Shown: piece by piece, positions 24,709 through 34,579 of the stretch
Layout: each line of letters opens with the position of its first letter
How positions within the stretch are numbered: position 1 is the stretch's first letter
Source of the DNA: Candidatus Zambryskibacteria bacterium RIFOXYC1_FULL_39_10
GTDB lineage: Bacteria; Patescibacteriota; Minisyncoccia; Phycocordibacterales; WO2-35-19
Length of the DNA: 64,000 nt
Assembly (NCBI GenBank): GCA_001824275.1
Contig: MHWW01000003.1
Coordinates: 19,325-83,324 of the forward strand
Direction of reading: 5' to 3'
Translations under genes and position numbers: made by a program
The notes under the pieces: generated by a model
The model's database searches: none
Seen by the model: only the letters and a program-made list of their open reading frames with translations
Told to the model about the DNA's origin: nothing

Positions 24709-26928
24709 TTACGGATTTCTCCCCGCCTTTATCTCATTTATATAGTATTCCCCCTTCTCCTTGAAGGTAGGGTCAAGCCGAATGATTTCCTCCAAGCTCT
24801 GGATTGCCTCCTGCCTCCTACCCGCCTGCAAATAGGCGGCCGTCAGGGTGATCTGGTGCTGCAAGTTTGTCGGATCAAGCTCAATCCTCTTTTTCGCAAT
24901 GCTAATTATGTCGTCATATCTTTGGACAGCGAGCAAGATTGTGATATACCTGTCATCAAAAATTATTTTTGATTCTGGTATACCTTGCATAATTTCACTA
25001 GAGAGACTCACGTTGCCCGAAGCAAGCAGAGTCAAACCGTACACAAACTTTGCTTCTTCATACGAAGGCTCAAGCTCATAAGCAATTTTTGCCGCATCTA
25101 CCGCCTCAACCATTTTATTATCCATAAGGAAGTTACTGACGAGTTCAAAATATATTGACTGTTTTTTGGGAGAAAGCTTTTCCGCTTCTTTAAATTGCTC
25201 AATCGCTTTACCATACCAACCAAATCTGGAAAGGAAGGTGCCATAAAATATTCGATACCGAGCATCGTTAGGGACCCTCACAATATGTCTATTAAAAGCT
25301 TTATCAACCTCTTCATACAATTTCTGTTTTAATTCGACGGGAGCATTTTGGTTGCCGGCGACAGTGATAGCGGTTTGTGAAATATGCTCCAAGCTTTCTG
25401 CGAAACCCAGGCTTGAACCAGAAAAAGGTTTAGCATAATTCTCAATCGTGCCGACTTTACCTTGATTGTTTAAGACGAGGACTGCCATCAAACTTTTGTT
25501 TTGTTGCCAAGGCGAATAAATAATGAAATAAACAACTCCTGCCATAATTATCACTACCAAAGCTTCGATGATTGGTTTTGATTTTTCGTTTTCTAGCATC
25601 ACTCTCGTCTTGCTTGAAATCTTATCCCAGAGTCCAAATGAAGTCTCTGACGCGACTGAATGAATGTAAGCAAGCACGGTAAAAAATAAAATGTAGCTAC
25701 TAGTCTGGTCAAAAACAAAAAAATTGTTAAATAGGTAGGCAGATATTAGCCCAAGAATAATCGCCCTTTCTCTCTTTTCCAAATGCTCAGATTTAAATAT
25801 ATAGTATAAAAGCGATGCGATGATGAGCAGGTAGGAAATGAGTCCCAGAGCTCCGCCAGCAACTAGCCAGTCAAGGTAAGTGTTGTGCGCTCGGTCAAAC
25901 CATGGCTCTTGAGTATACATTCGAGGGTCGTAGTATTTGTTGAAAACAAAATTAAATCCTTCTTGACCCCAGCCCAAAATCGGTTTTTCAATGAAGCCTT
26001 TTACTGCCATCGGCCAGACGAAATATCGGCCCTGAGTTTTTATTTCAGAGAATGAGATTGTGGCAAATCGTCTGAGTACCGGACTCGTATTCACATAAGA
26101 AGTGTCTTTGACTGACCAAAATATTCCAGCCAAAATTATAAGCACAGCAATCCCAATACCAGCAATTTTTCTTATTTTCTTCACCTCTTGGGCCTCCGAC
26201 TGGGCGAGTTCGCCTTTTTCGGTTTTCAACGCCAAATAGATGAAAGTGACCAAAATGCCTCCCAAAAGCCCCAAAACTGCCCCTCTGGTTGCGGTATTGT
26301 AAAGAACTATGATATTCATCAATGTGACCAATACGAGTACCCCTCTCTGCCACAACACCTTATATCTCATCACAAGTAGCCCCGCAAAAAAGATGTGGAA
26401 GACCATATAAATACCCAAATATCCTGCATTACCAAGCGTACCATCTACTCGCACCCCTCCTTGATTGATCGTCACCTTGCCAGCAATTTGAAAAAAGGAA
26501 TAAATCGCCATCATAGCTGACGCTCCGACGCTAGTAGCAAATAACCTGTCCCAAATTCCTCGGGTTTTCAAAACTGAACCCAAAACCAAAAAGTAAGCGC
26601 CGAGGTGAAGGAGAGTGACGTACCCTTCCATTCTTTCAAAATTACTCCAAAATGCTTTGAGTGGGTTTTGAGCGAAAATATCAGCGACTCCCATAACTAC
26701 CAAAAAAGTTATTATCGCTCCCAAAATCCAAGAAAACTTGGGCCGGTAGTTAGGGTCCCTAACTGCTAGTATTAAATAGCAGGCCAATATAATTTCCACA
26801 ATGAGCCTAAATATAAAAGCCTTGCCTGTGATAAAAGGGAAAAAAAGCGATGAAGCCACAATAAAAGGCACGAACGGCACGGCAAAAAGCCCAGCTAAAA
26901 TAACGTAACGCAATTGATTGTTTGACAT
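24709..26928 (-). CDS. O-antigen ligase (Wzy_C)-like membrane protein with C-terminal TPRs
   Basis: RVDGTLGNAGY, TATRGA, PILGWGQEGF, FDRAHNTYLD; TPR-like C-terminus. Confidence 0.9.
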   Translation of the reverse strand: MSNNQLRYVILAGLFAVPFVPFIVASSLFFPFITGKAFIFRLIVEIILACYLILAVRDPNYRPKFSWILGAIITFLVVMGVADIFAQNPLKAFWSNFERMEGYVTLLHLGAYFLVLGSVLKTRGIWDRLFATSVGASAMMAIYSFFQIAGKVTINQGGVRVDGTLGNAGYLGIYMVFHIFFAGLLVMRYKVLWQRGVLVLVTLMNIIVLYNTATRGAVLGLLGGILVTFIYLALKTEKGELAQSEAQEVKKIRKIAGIGIAVLIILAGIFWSVKDTSYVNTSPVLRRFATISFSEIKTQGRYFVWPMAVKGFIEKPILGWGQEGFNFVFNKYYDPRMYTQEPWFDRAHNTYLDWLVAGGALGLISYLLIIASLLYYIFKSEHLEKRERAIILGLISAYLFNNFFVFDQTSSYILFFTVLAYIHSVASETSFGLWDKISSKTRVMLENEKSKPIIEALVVIIMAGVVYFIIYSPWQQNKSLMAVLVLNNQGKVGTIENYAKPFSGSSLGFAESLEHISQTAITVAGNQNAPVELKQKLYEEVDKAFNRHIVRVPNDARYRIFYGTFLSRFGWYGKAIEQFKEAEKLSPKKQSIYFELVSNFLMDNKMVEAVDAAKIAYELEPSYEEAKFVYGLTLLASGNVSLSSEIMQGIPESKIIFDDRYITILLAVQRYDDIISIAKKRIELDPTNLQHQITLTAAYLQAGRRQEAIQSLEEIIRLDPTFKEKGEYYINEIKAGRNP

Positions 26929-27017
26929 ATACTATATATTACTAAACCTGTGCAAAATATCAAAGTCCTTTAAAAAAAGGTTTTTTTCTGTTATTGTTTT
27001 GGTGTCTAAAAAATAAA

Positions 27018-27779
27018 ATGAAAAATATCAGGATAATACCCAGATTAGATATAAAAGGGCCTAATGTGGTAAAACCAGTCCAAACAGAAGCCTTGAGAGT
27101 GGTTGGTGATCCAAAAAAGTTAGCCTTACATTATTACGAAGGTGGAGCTGATGAACTTATTTATTTAGATATTGTTGCTAGTCTGTATGGGCGCAACATA
27201 GATTTTGATTTATTGAAATCAGTCACTGAAAATATTTTTATTCCTATAACCGTTGGAGGAGGTATTAGAAGTATTCATGACATAAATAATGTTCTGCGCT
27301 CAGGAGCAGACAAAATTGCCATTAATACATACGCAGTAAGACATCCAGAATTCTTGAGTGAGGCTGTTCGTGAATTTGGTTCTCAGTGTATAGTTTTATA
27401 TGTCGAAGCAAAAAAACAACCAAATGGAGACTACGAAGCTTACACCGACGGTGGCCGTGAAAGAAGCGGATTTGAAGTAGTCAATTGGATAAAAAGAGCT
27501 ATCGATTTGGGTATTGGTGAAATATTGCTCACATCAGTCGATCAAGATGGCACAAGACGAGGCTTTGATATTGAATTATTAAAAAAAGTTTTAGCCTTCT
27601 CCCCTATTCCAGTGATTGCTCACGGCGGAGCTGGCAAACCGGAAACTTTAAAAGAAGCGGTGCTTGATGCAAAAGTTGACGCTTTAGGTATTTCTTCTAT
27701 TTTCCATTACAATGAATTCCCAATAAAAGAAATGAAGAAATATTTGTATAAAAATAAAATCAATATAAGAAATGTATGA
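27018..27779 (+). CDS. hisF: HisF-like cyclase paralogue linked to the glycan locus (WbuZ-type)
   Basis: RIIPRLDIKG, GADELIYLD, PITVGGGIR, TSVDQDGT. Confidence 0.85.
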   Translation: MKNIRIIPRLDIKGPNVVKPVQTEALRVVGDPKKLALHYYEGGADELIYLDIVASLYGRNIDFDLLKSVTENIFIPITVGGGIRSIHDINNVLRSGADKIAINTYAVRHPEFLSEAVREFGSQCIVLYVEAKKQPNGDYEAYTDGGRERSGFEVVNWIKRAIDLGIGEILLTSVDQDGTRRGFDIELLKKVLAFSPIPVIAHGGAGKPETLKEAVLDAKVDALGISSIFHYNEFPIKEMKKYLYKNKINIRNV

Positions 27780-28432
27780 AAAATGATTTGAAAATAGCAA
27801 TCGTAGATTATGGTGTTGGCAACTTATATAGTTTAATCAAAGCTTTTGAATTTTGGGGTGTACAAGCAATCGTGAGTGAAGATCCAAAAGTTTTAAAAGA
27901 AGCGAGCGCTATTGTTTTACCCGGAGTGGGCTCTTTCGAAGCTGGAATGAGGGGTTTGGAAATAAGAGAATTGGTTGAAACAATTCAGGAAATTGCCAAG
28001 AGTGGCAAACCAATACTCGGTATATGTTTAGGTGCTCAATTAATGCTTTCTCTAGGACATGAATTTGGTATTTTTAAAGGATTAGACATTATCAGAGGAA
28101 AGGTTGTACGATTTCCAAATTTAGATAATAATGAAAAAGTTCCTCACATTGGTTGGAATACAATTTCCCCACCCAAGAATATAGACTGGAAAGATACGAT
28201 CCTGGATTCATCTGACCCTAAAAACAGTTTCTACTTTGTTCATTCCTATATATTAGAACCAGAATCAAAGGAAAATATTTTTGCCTTAACGGAGTACGGC
28301 GGATACACTTTTTGTTCAATAGTTAAAAAAGGAAATATTTATGGTTGTCAGTTCCATCCTGAAAAAAGTGGCGAAGTAGGATTAAAATTAATTAATAATT
28401 TTATAAATTTAATAAAATATGGAAAAAATTGA
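27776..28432 (+). CDS. hisH: HisH-like glutamine amidotransferase paralogue (WbuY-type)
   Basis: VDYGVGN, LPGVG, GICLGAQ, PHIGWN, QFHPEKS. Confidence 0.88.
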   Translation: MKNDLKIAIVDYGVGNLYSLIKAFEFWGVQAIVSEDPKVLKEASAIVLPGVGSFEAGMRGLEIRELVETIQEIAKSGKPILGICLGAQLMLSLGHEFGIFKGLDIIRGKVVRFPNLDNNEKVPHIGWNTISPPKNIDWKDTILDSSDPKNSFYFVHSYILEPESKENIFALTEYGGYTFCSIVKKGNIYGCQFHPEKSGEVGLKLINNFINLIKYGKN

Positions 28433-29678
28433 AACAAAATATGGTTTACCTTCTGAGGTAAAATTTTGTAAAAAGTGTGTGATCTCAAATCAGCGACCAA
28501 ATTCTGCAATTGAATTTACTCATACCAAGGATTCCTTAAAAAAAACCATATTTTTTGACGAGCATGATGTGTGCGACGCATGTAATTTCGCAAAAATAAA
28601 AACTCAAATCGACTGGAAAGAAAGAGAAAAAGAATTAATTGAACTTTGCAACCGTCATAGAAAAGATAATGGAGAATACGACTGCCTCGTTCCAGGTTCC
28701 GGAGGAAAAGATAGTTTTTACGCAGCTCACATTCTTAAATATAAATACAATATGCATCCACTAACTGTTACTTGGGCACCGCATATTTACACAGATTGGG
28801 GATGGAGAAACTTTGAATCGTGGATTCATGCTGGATTTGATAATTATCTTTGTACCCCAAATGGAAAAGTTCACCGCTTATTGACCCGCCTGGCGGTTGA
28901 AAATATTTTTCACCCTTTTCAAGCATTTATGTTAGGACAAAAATCGTTGGCCCCCAAAATGGCCATTCTTTTCAACATTCCTCTAGTCTTTTTTGGAGAA
29001 AACGAGGTTGAATACGGCAACCCAGTTGCAGATGCTACATCACCAAAAAGAGATCAAAAATATTTTAGTGCCACCGATATTTCCAAGATTCATCTTGGTG
29101 GAGTATCGGCTACAGATTTAATAAAAGATTATGGATTAACAAATAACGATCTCCAACCATACCTTCCGGCAGATCCTTCTAAAATAGAGAAGCTTGGAAT
29201 GGAAGTTCATTATTTAGGTTACTATTTAAAATGGCACCCACAAAGTTGTTACTATTACACAACCGAGCATAGTAATTTTGAAGCGTCTCCTGAAAGAACT
29301 CCTGGCACATACAGTAAATACAATAGTATTGATGACAAAATTGACGATCTTCATTACTATACGACGTTTATAAAATTTGGAATTGGCCGAGCCACCTATG
29401 ATGCTGCTCAAGAAATCCGATCAGGAGATATTACTAGAGAGGAAGGAGTGTCTTTGGTAAAAAGATTTGACGGAGAGTACCCTGAAAGATTTGAGGAAGA
29501 ACTTTTTCGTTATCTCACTATAACAAAAAAGGAATTTCCCGATGCTTATAAAATGTTTTCACATCCAAAAATGGACCACGAATATTTTGCTCATTTAGCT
29601 GATAAATTTCGTTCTCCTCATCTCTGGGAAAAATTACCAAATAGTGAGTGGAGATTAAGACATACAGTTTGGGAATAA
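28419..29678 (+). CDS. N-acetyl sugar amidotransferase (WbuX/PseA/PtmG-like)
   Basis: FCKKC...CDAC, PP-loop SGGKDS, KFGIGRAT...EIRSG; follows hisF/hisH. Confidence 0.88.
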   Translation: MEKIETKYGLPSEVKFCKKCVISNQRPNSAIEFTHTKDSLKKTIFFDEHDVCDACNFAKIKTQIDWKEREKELIELCNRHRKDNGEYDCLVPGSGGKDSFYAAHILKYKYNMHPLTVTWAPHIYTDWGWRNFESWIHAGFDNYLCTPNGKVHRLLTRLAVENIFHPFQAFMLGQKSLAPKMAILFNIPLVFFGENEVEYGNPVADATSPKRDQKYFSATDISKIHLGGVSATDLIKDYGLTNNDLQPYLPADPSKIEKLGMEVHYLGYYLKWHPQSCYYYTTEHSNFEASPERTPGTYSKYNSIDDKIDDLHYYTTFIKFGIGRATYDAAQEIRSGDITREEGVSLVKRFDGEYPERFEEELFRYLTITKKEFPDAYKMFSHPKMDHEYFAHLADKFRSPHLWEKLPNSEWRLRHTVWE

Positions 29679-29693
29679 TATAATATACTAAAC

Positions 29694-30428
29694 ATGAAAA
29701 ATTTTTTAGGATTAATTCTTGCGCGAGGGGGATCTAAGAGAATTCCAAGAAAAAACATAAAGGAATTTTTAGATAAACCATTGATAGCCTGGTCTATCGA
29801 AGCTGGACTTAAGAGTGGAATATTTGATCGTATAGTTCTTTCTACAGACGACGAAGAAATCGCTTCTGTAGGTAAAAATTGGGGTGCAGAAGTTCCTTTT
29901 ATGAGACCTTCAAAATTGGCTAGTGACACCGCTACCTCTGACGATGCCATAAGGCACGCAATTCAGTGGCTTCGTAATAAAGAAAAATATAATCCTGAAT
30001 GGGTATTTTTATTTGAACCCACTGCTCCTGCAAAACAACCTTTTCATTTTTGTGATGTTGCAAAAATTATACAAGGAAACAATAATTTTGATTCAGTCGT
30101 AGGTATTTCAGAATTTCCAGATCAATACACCCATGTTATGCAAATTAAATTAGATAATAATAATTTTATTTCTAGAGCGTGGGATAATGAACTTTTAAAA
30201 AATATGCCAAAAAGTTCAAGAGAGATACCTAAATCATATCTACTAAACCCACAAGTATACGCTTTTAAAGCTGAAAATCTTTTCAAGGGTAATGGTAGTA
30301 TGTGGGGCGACAGCACATATGGTTATTTAATGGACAACAAATATAATATCGACATTGATACACCGGATGATTGGAAAGTGGCAGAAGCCAAAATGAAAAA
30401 AATATTGGATGACCTAAATAAAGAATAA
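29694..30428 (+). CDS. neuA: CMP-nonulosonic acid synthetase (acylneuraminate cytidylyltransferase)
   Basis: ILARGGSKRIPRKN, STDDEEIA, VPFMRP, IDIDTPDDW. Confidence 0.85.
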   Translation: MKNFLGLILARGGSKRIPRKNIKEFLDKPLIAWSIEAGLKSGIFDRIVLSTDDEEIASVGKNWGAEVPFMRPSKLASDTATSDDAIRHAIQWLRNKEKYNPEWVFLFEPTAPAKQPFHFCDVAKIIQGNNNFDSVVGISEFPDQYTHVMQIKLDNNNFISRAWDNELLKNMPKSSREIPKSYLLNPQVYAFKAENLFKGNGSMWGDSTYGYLMDNKYNIDIDTPDDWKVAEAKMKKILDDLNKE

Positions 30429-30476
30429 AAAGAAAGGGCATCGAGTATACTCTCGACGCCCCAGAAAAACTCAACG

Positions 30477-31532
30477 TTAAACTAGACTCTCTATCGCTTT
30501 GAGGGCGATGGCCGGATCGAATGGCTTCAATTTAGCCAGACTGATCTCATCCGCTGACCGGATAAAAGGACCCAAGTCGCACGGTTCTTTCAAGGATTGC
30601 GCGCAGCCCAGCTTCACAATCGGAACCTCAGTTAATCCTCCAGACTGAAACAGCAATTGTTTCCCAATTTCTGTCTCCAAAGAAATGGCGGCTCTTCGAG
30701 CGTACGCTGCTGTGTTCAGCATCAAACTGAACCCAGAAATGGTCGCATCACAGAGGACAGCCAGAGCATCTCCCAACTTGCAATCAACTGAAACAATGTG
30801 CTCGCCAAATTGACTAAGCATACCGTTCCAGTAGTCTGCCCACTTCAAGCCTGGCTCCTTATCGCTCTTAGCGATTGTTGGGTGAGGTCGTGAGATCAGA
30901 CACCAATCTTCGGTAAGTTTCAGGCACTCGATGAGCAACTGAAGCTCAACCGTCATCTCTTGTGGATTGCCTCCGGCAAAGACGATGACCCTGCCAAATT
31001 GAGAACGAAGTTCTTCAACCCTTCTCTCAACTTCATCAGGAATGCTCATTTTTTCAATCACTGTTGGGTTGCCAGCAATTATGACGCGCATGTTGGGATA
31101 TGACATCTCTGCCAATTCCCTGGCATATTCGTCAAGTGTGACGACAACATCAGGCCTTGCCTTGTACAACTGACAACAGCCCCAGTAATCCTCCATGAGA
31201 ACCAGAGGTATTCCGAGAGTATTCGCGGCTTCCCCAAAAATAGATTCTAGACTATCCGGCACACTTCTGGTTGCCACCACCACATCCGGTCTAAACTTCA
31301 CCAAGACCGAATGAGCCTCCACGGAAAAACTTATTTCCTTTTGGTTTTCCGGCCCTTTAAAGACAAGCTTTGCTTTTGAATCGTAGTTGAAAAACCCCGC
31401 TTCTTGGAACCGATCAGCGGCAAGTCCTTCAACGACAATTAGGATTTCGTGACCCCTATCTAGGGCCAATTTTGCAGTAGGAACGGACATTTTAGCCCCA
31501 CCGTTGTCTCGAGAAACAAACAATATTTTCAA
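30477..31532 (-). CDS. Hypothetical GT-B-fold-like protein (GC-richer gene)
   Basis: 351-aa ORF with TTG start; MEDYWG, IAGNP and RPHP motifs resemble CMP-sugar/CDP-glycerol transferase-like folds. Confidence 0.6.
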   Translation of the reverse strand: MKILFVSRDNGGAKMSVPTAKLALDRGHEILIVVEGLAADRFQEAGFFNYDSKAKLVFKGPENQKEISFSVEAHSVLVKFRPDVVVATRSVPDSLESIFGEAANTLGIPLVLMEDYWGCCQLYKARPDVVVTLDEYARELAEMSYPNMRVIIAGNPTVIEKMSIPDEVERRVEELRSQFGRVIVFAGGNPQEMTVELQLLIECLKLTEDWCLISRPHPTIAKSDKEPGLKWADYWNGMLSQFGEHIVSVDCKLGDALAVLCDATISGFSLMLNTAAYARRAAISLETEIGKQLLFQSGGLTEVPIVKLGCAQSLKEPCDLGPFIRSADEISLAKLKPFDPAIALKAIESLV

Positions 31533-31550
31533 AATACACCTCTACTTTAA

Positions 31551-31579
31551 AGTATAGCGTATTTTTTATAATTTGTCAA
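31551..31579 (-). promoter_or_regulatory. Sigma70-type promoter for 30477-31532
   Basis: TTGACA-17 nt-TATACT on the minus strand. Confidence 0.65.
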
Positions 31580-31648
31580 TCAGAAGTTGACCTTTTACTC
31601 TTTTATTGATAATATTTATGCGGACATAAAGTTCAAAAAAGGAGAAAT

Positions 31649-32602
31649 ATGAGATCTATCTACCGCATGGAAGCTGGTCATGTGATTGTCACTAACGCAT
31701 GCAATCTAGAGTGCTCCAACTGCACCCAGATGGTTGGCCACTACAAGAAACCCTACTTCATGGACACAGAGACAGTTCGTCGGGCGATTCTGTCACTCGT
31801 AACCCCATACACGACGATTAGCCAGGAATTCCCTGAGGGATTCCCTGGAGTCATCGGCATTTTTGGTGGCGAGCCGACCGTCCATCCCCAGTTTGCCGAA
31901 ATCTGCAAGCTGGTTCAGGAACTGATCCCTAACCGTCGCAAGAGAGGGCTCTGGACGGATGGATATCGTCTTGAACGATATCGGTCTATCATAGACGATA
32001 CATGGGATCCGGATCTCGTCCTCCTCAACCGACACGAAGACGAAACGGGGCGACATCAACCGCTCCTGATCGCTTCCGACGAGGTAGTGGATGACAAAGT
32101 TCTCATGTGGAAGTTAATTCACAATTGCTGGATCCAGGAACGATGGTCCTTCGGATGCACTCCCAAAGGCGGATTCTTTTGTGAACATGCGGCCGCTATG
32201 GACATGCTCTTTGATGGACCAGGTGGTTATCCACTTGAACCAGGCTGGTGGGCAAAAGAAGCCAACCAATTCCTAGATCAAGTCGAGCGATCATGCACCC
32301 GTTGTAGTGCCGCGATTCCGATGCCTGCAGTAAGAGCTTCGGAACAATTCGACATCGTCTCTGCCGGCAACTTAGAATTGCTACGAAAAGCCGGGTCTCC
32401 GAGAGTTCGAGATGGCAAAGTGGTTGTATTCAACCAAAAGATCTCTCGAGAAGAAATAGAGAAGATGCTCCGAACCGGCTGGTCACCGTGGAGACACGAC
32501 CCCCAAACCAACCTTCTGGACAAAGATGAGGATTTTAACACCTACAACCCCCCTCTCTTTGAAAAGGTCGGGGATTTGGTTCAGATCACTTTGACTGAGT
32601 AA
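31649..32602 (+). CDS. Radical SAM protein (GC-richer gene)
   Basis: TNACNLECSNC (CX3CX2C), FGGEPT, extra C-terminal cysteines; AGGAG RBS; hairpin 32614-32644 downstream. Confidence 0.85.
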   Translation: MRSIYRMEAGHVIVTNACNLECSNCTQMVGHYKKPYFMDTETVRRAILSLVTPYTTISQEFPEGFPGVIGIFGGEPTVHPQFAEICKLVQELIPNRRKRGLWTDGYRLERYRSIIDDTWDPDLVLLNRHEDETGRHQPLLIASDEVVDDKVLMWKLIHNCWIQERWSFGCTPKGGFFCEHAAAMDMLFDGPGGYPLEPGWWAKEANQFLDQVERSCTRCSAAIPMPAVRASEQFDIVSAGNLELLRKAGSPRVRDGKVVVFNQKISREEIEKMLRTGWSPWRHDPQTNLLDKDEDFNTYNPPLFEKVGDLVQITLTE

Positions 32603-32682
32603 ATGTCTTTAACGGCTCGTGTTTCATTCTTTGGAGCACGAGCCTCGCTTTTTTAAAAATAAGAATTTGTTAGTATAGAGAG

Positions 32683-33546
32683 ATGAATCATTTAATTAGC
32701 GGTTTTAATGCCTTGCGATACGCGCTTACCGAACCATTCTTGCTTCAATTAGAGCGCTTTAAACATGAAAAAGAATATAGTGACAAAGACCAACAACCAC
32801 TTATAAGTATTTGCTTACCAACATATAATAGATCCAAACTTTTGATTGAACGCTCTGTGCCTAGTGTTTTAAATCAAACTTATAAAAATTTTGAATTAAT
32901 CATTATTGGTGATCATTGCACCGATGACACTGAAAAAAATATATCAAAAATAACCGACAAAAGAATTCGTTTTTATAATATTCCAAAAAGAAGTTATCGT
33001 TATCCGCCAACAACTGAAAATCATTGGTTTGCTGGGCCCGTAATAGCAAACAATGAAGCTTTAAAAATGGTCAAAGGAGAATGGATTACTCGAATAGATG
33101 ATGACGATATTTGGACCCCTGATCATCTGGAAGTACTTTTGGAATTTGCCGAAAAAGGAGATTACGAATTTATTTCAGCTCAATATATTGAAGAACGACA
33201 CGGTCAAAGACGAGTTGTAGACGGTGAGATGGCTGATGGACCCTATTTTAATCCAAAAAATCATGCCAAGATAAATATCGGTCCAAAACTCGGAGGAGTT
33301 CAAACATGGTTTTATCGATCCTACCTAAAATTTTTTAAATACAATATAAACTGCTGGCGAAAAAGTTGGAATAGAGTTAATGATATAGATTTAGAATACA
33401 GAATTTATAAAGCCGGTACCAGAATTGGTTTTTTAAATAAAGTAGTCGGTTATATTTTGCCTCGTCCAGGAGAAGAGACTGTTGGACTAGAAGCATACAA
33501 ATCAACTTCAAAAGAAAAACTAGAACATTTTGAATTTAAAAAGTAG
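32683..33546 (+). CDS. GT2 glycosyltransferase
   Basis: ISICLPTYNR, QTYKNFELIIIGDHCTDDT, RIDDDD. Confidence 0.9.
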   Translation: MNHLISGFNALRYALTEPFLLQLERFKHEKEYSDKDQQPLISICLPTYNRSKLLIERSVPSVLNQTYKNFELIIIGDHCTDDTEKNISKITDKRIRFYNIPKRSYRYPPTTENHWFAGPVIANNEALKMVKGEWITRIDDDDIWTPDHLEVLLEFAEKGDYEFISAQYIEERHGQRRVVDGEMADGPYFNPKNHAKINIGPKLGGVQTWFYRSYLKFFKYNINCWRKSWNRVNDIDLEYRIYKAGTRIGFLNKVVGYILPRPGEETVGLEAYKSTSKEKLEHFEFKK

Positions 33547-34579
33547 TAGATTCAAATATTTTATTTTCTCTTAAAAAAGAAGTAATTTGTTTTCTAGACA
33601 TCACCCTTTTATCCGAAGAATAGGAATTTGGATTTATTTTTTTGGCTTGAACCATAAGTGGATTCTTTCTGTCTCCATAACGAGGCTCCATTGATGGCAA
33701 AATAACGAGCATGTCTTCAAACTCCACTACTCGTCCGCTTTCTTCTTCAGCTAAAAGTTTTTCGTGCATTTTTTCCCCAGCTCTTTTATCCATTTTTAGA
33801 ATTTGAATTTTATTTTTACCACCGCTTATCAGGAGATGCTCATCAATAATACATTGAGCTAAATCTTTTATATTTACAGACTTCATTTTTAAAACAAAAA
33901 CTTCCCCTCCTTGCATTTTTTCGGTAGCTTTAAATATAAGTTCAACAGCCTTCCCCATCGGCATCAGAAATCTAGTCATTTTTGAAGAAGTAACACTTAG
34001 GGGCAGATTTGCCTTTAATTGTTTAATAAAATGAGGAATTACTGACCCATTAGACATTGTCACATTACCAAATCTAACACATGAAAAAATAGTTGGTGAA
34101 TCACCCTTATAATAATTTGCCGCAGTAGTTATTTTTTCCCCCAAAAGTTTTGAGGCCCCCAATGTGCCAATTGGATGAACTGCTTTATCGGTACTTATGA
34201 AAATAAATTTCTTTATATCATTATGTAAAGCTGCGTCAATAACATTTTGAGTACCAATAACATTAGTTTTAATGGCTTCAAGCGGATTATATTCACAAAG
34301 ATGAACGTGTTTATATGCTGCTGCATGATAAACAATATCTACCCCATTCATCGCCCTCAAAATACGGTCTTTATCAGTAACATCGCCCAATAGAAACCTA
34401 ATTCTTTTTGATTCCTCTTCAGATAACAATCCCTGAAGCTTATGGAGCGAAAATTCATGATTGTCTAAAATTCTTACAGCTTTAGGTTCAAATTTCAAAA
34501 TTTCCCGCACTAAAGCACTGCCAATAGAACCGGCGCCACCGGTAACTAAAATAATTTTGTTTTTAAATTCGTTTATCAT
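33536..34579 (-). CDS. NDP-GlcNAc 4,6-dehydratase (PseB/CapD, Polysacc_synt_2)
   Basis: VTGGAGSIG, HAAAYKHV, STDKAV, VRFGNV, GEKMHE. Confidence 0.9.
   Translation of the reverse strand: MINEFKNKIILVTGGAGSIGSALVREILKFEPKAVRILDNHEFSLHKLQGLLSEEESKRIRFLLGDVTDKDRILRAMNGVDIVYHAAAYKHVHLCEYNPLEAIKTNVIGTQNVIDAALHNDIKKFIFISTDKAVHPIGTLGASKLLGEKITTAANYYKGDSPTIFSCVRFGNVTMSNGSVIPHFIKQLKANLPLSVTSSKMTRFLMPMGKAVELIFKATEKMQGGEVFVLKMKSVNIKDLAQCIIDEHLLISGGKNKIQILKMDKRAGEKMHEKLLAEEESGRVVEFEDMLVILPSMEPRYGDRKNPLMVQAKKINPNSYSSDKRVMSRKQITSFLRENKIFESTTF

Noticed and set aside
27018..28432. Histidine biosynthesis operon
   Set aside because: No other his genes; coupled to a sugar amidotransferase in a glycan locus
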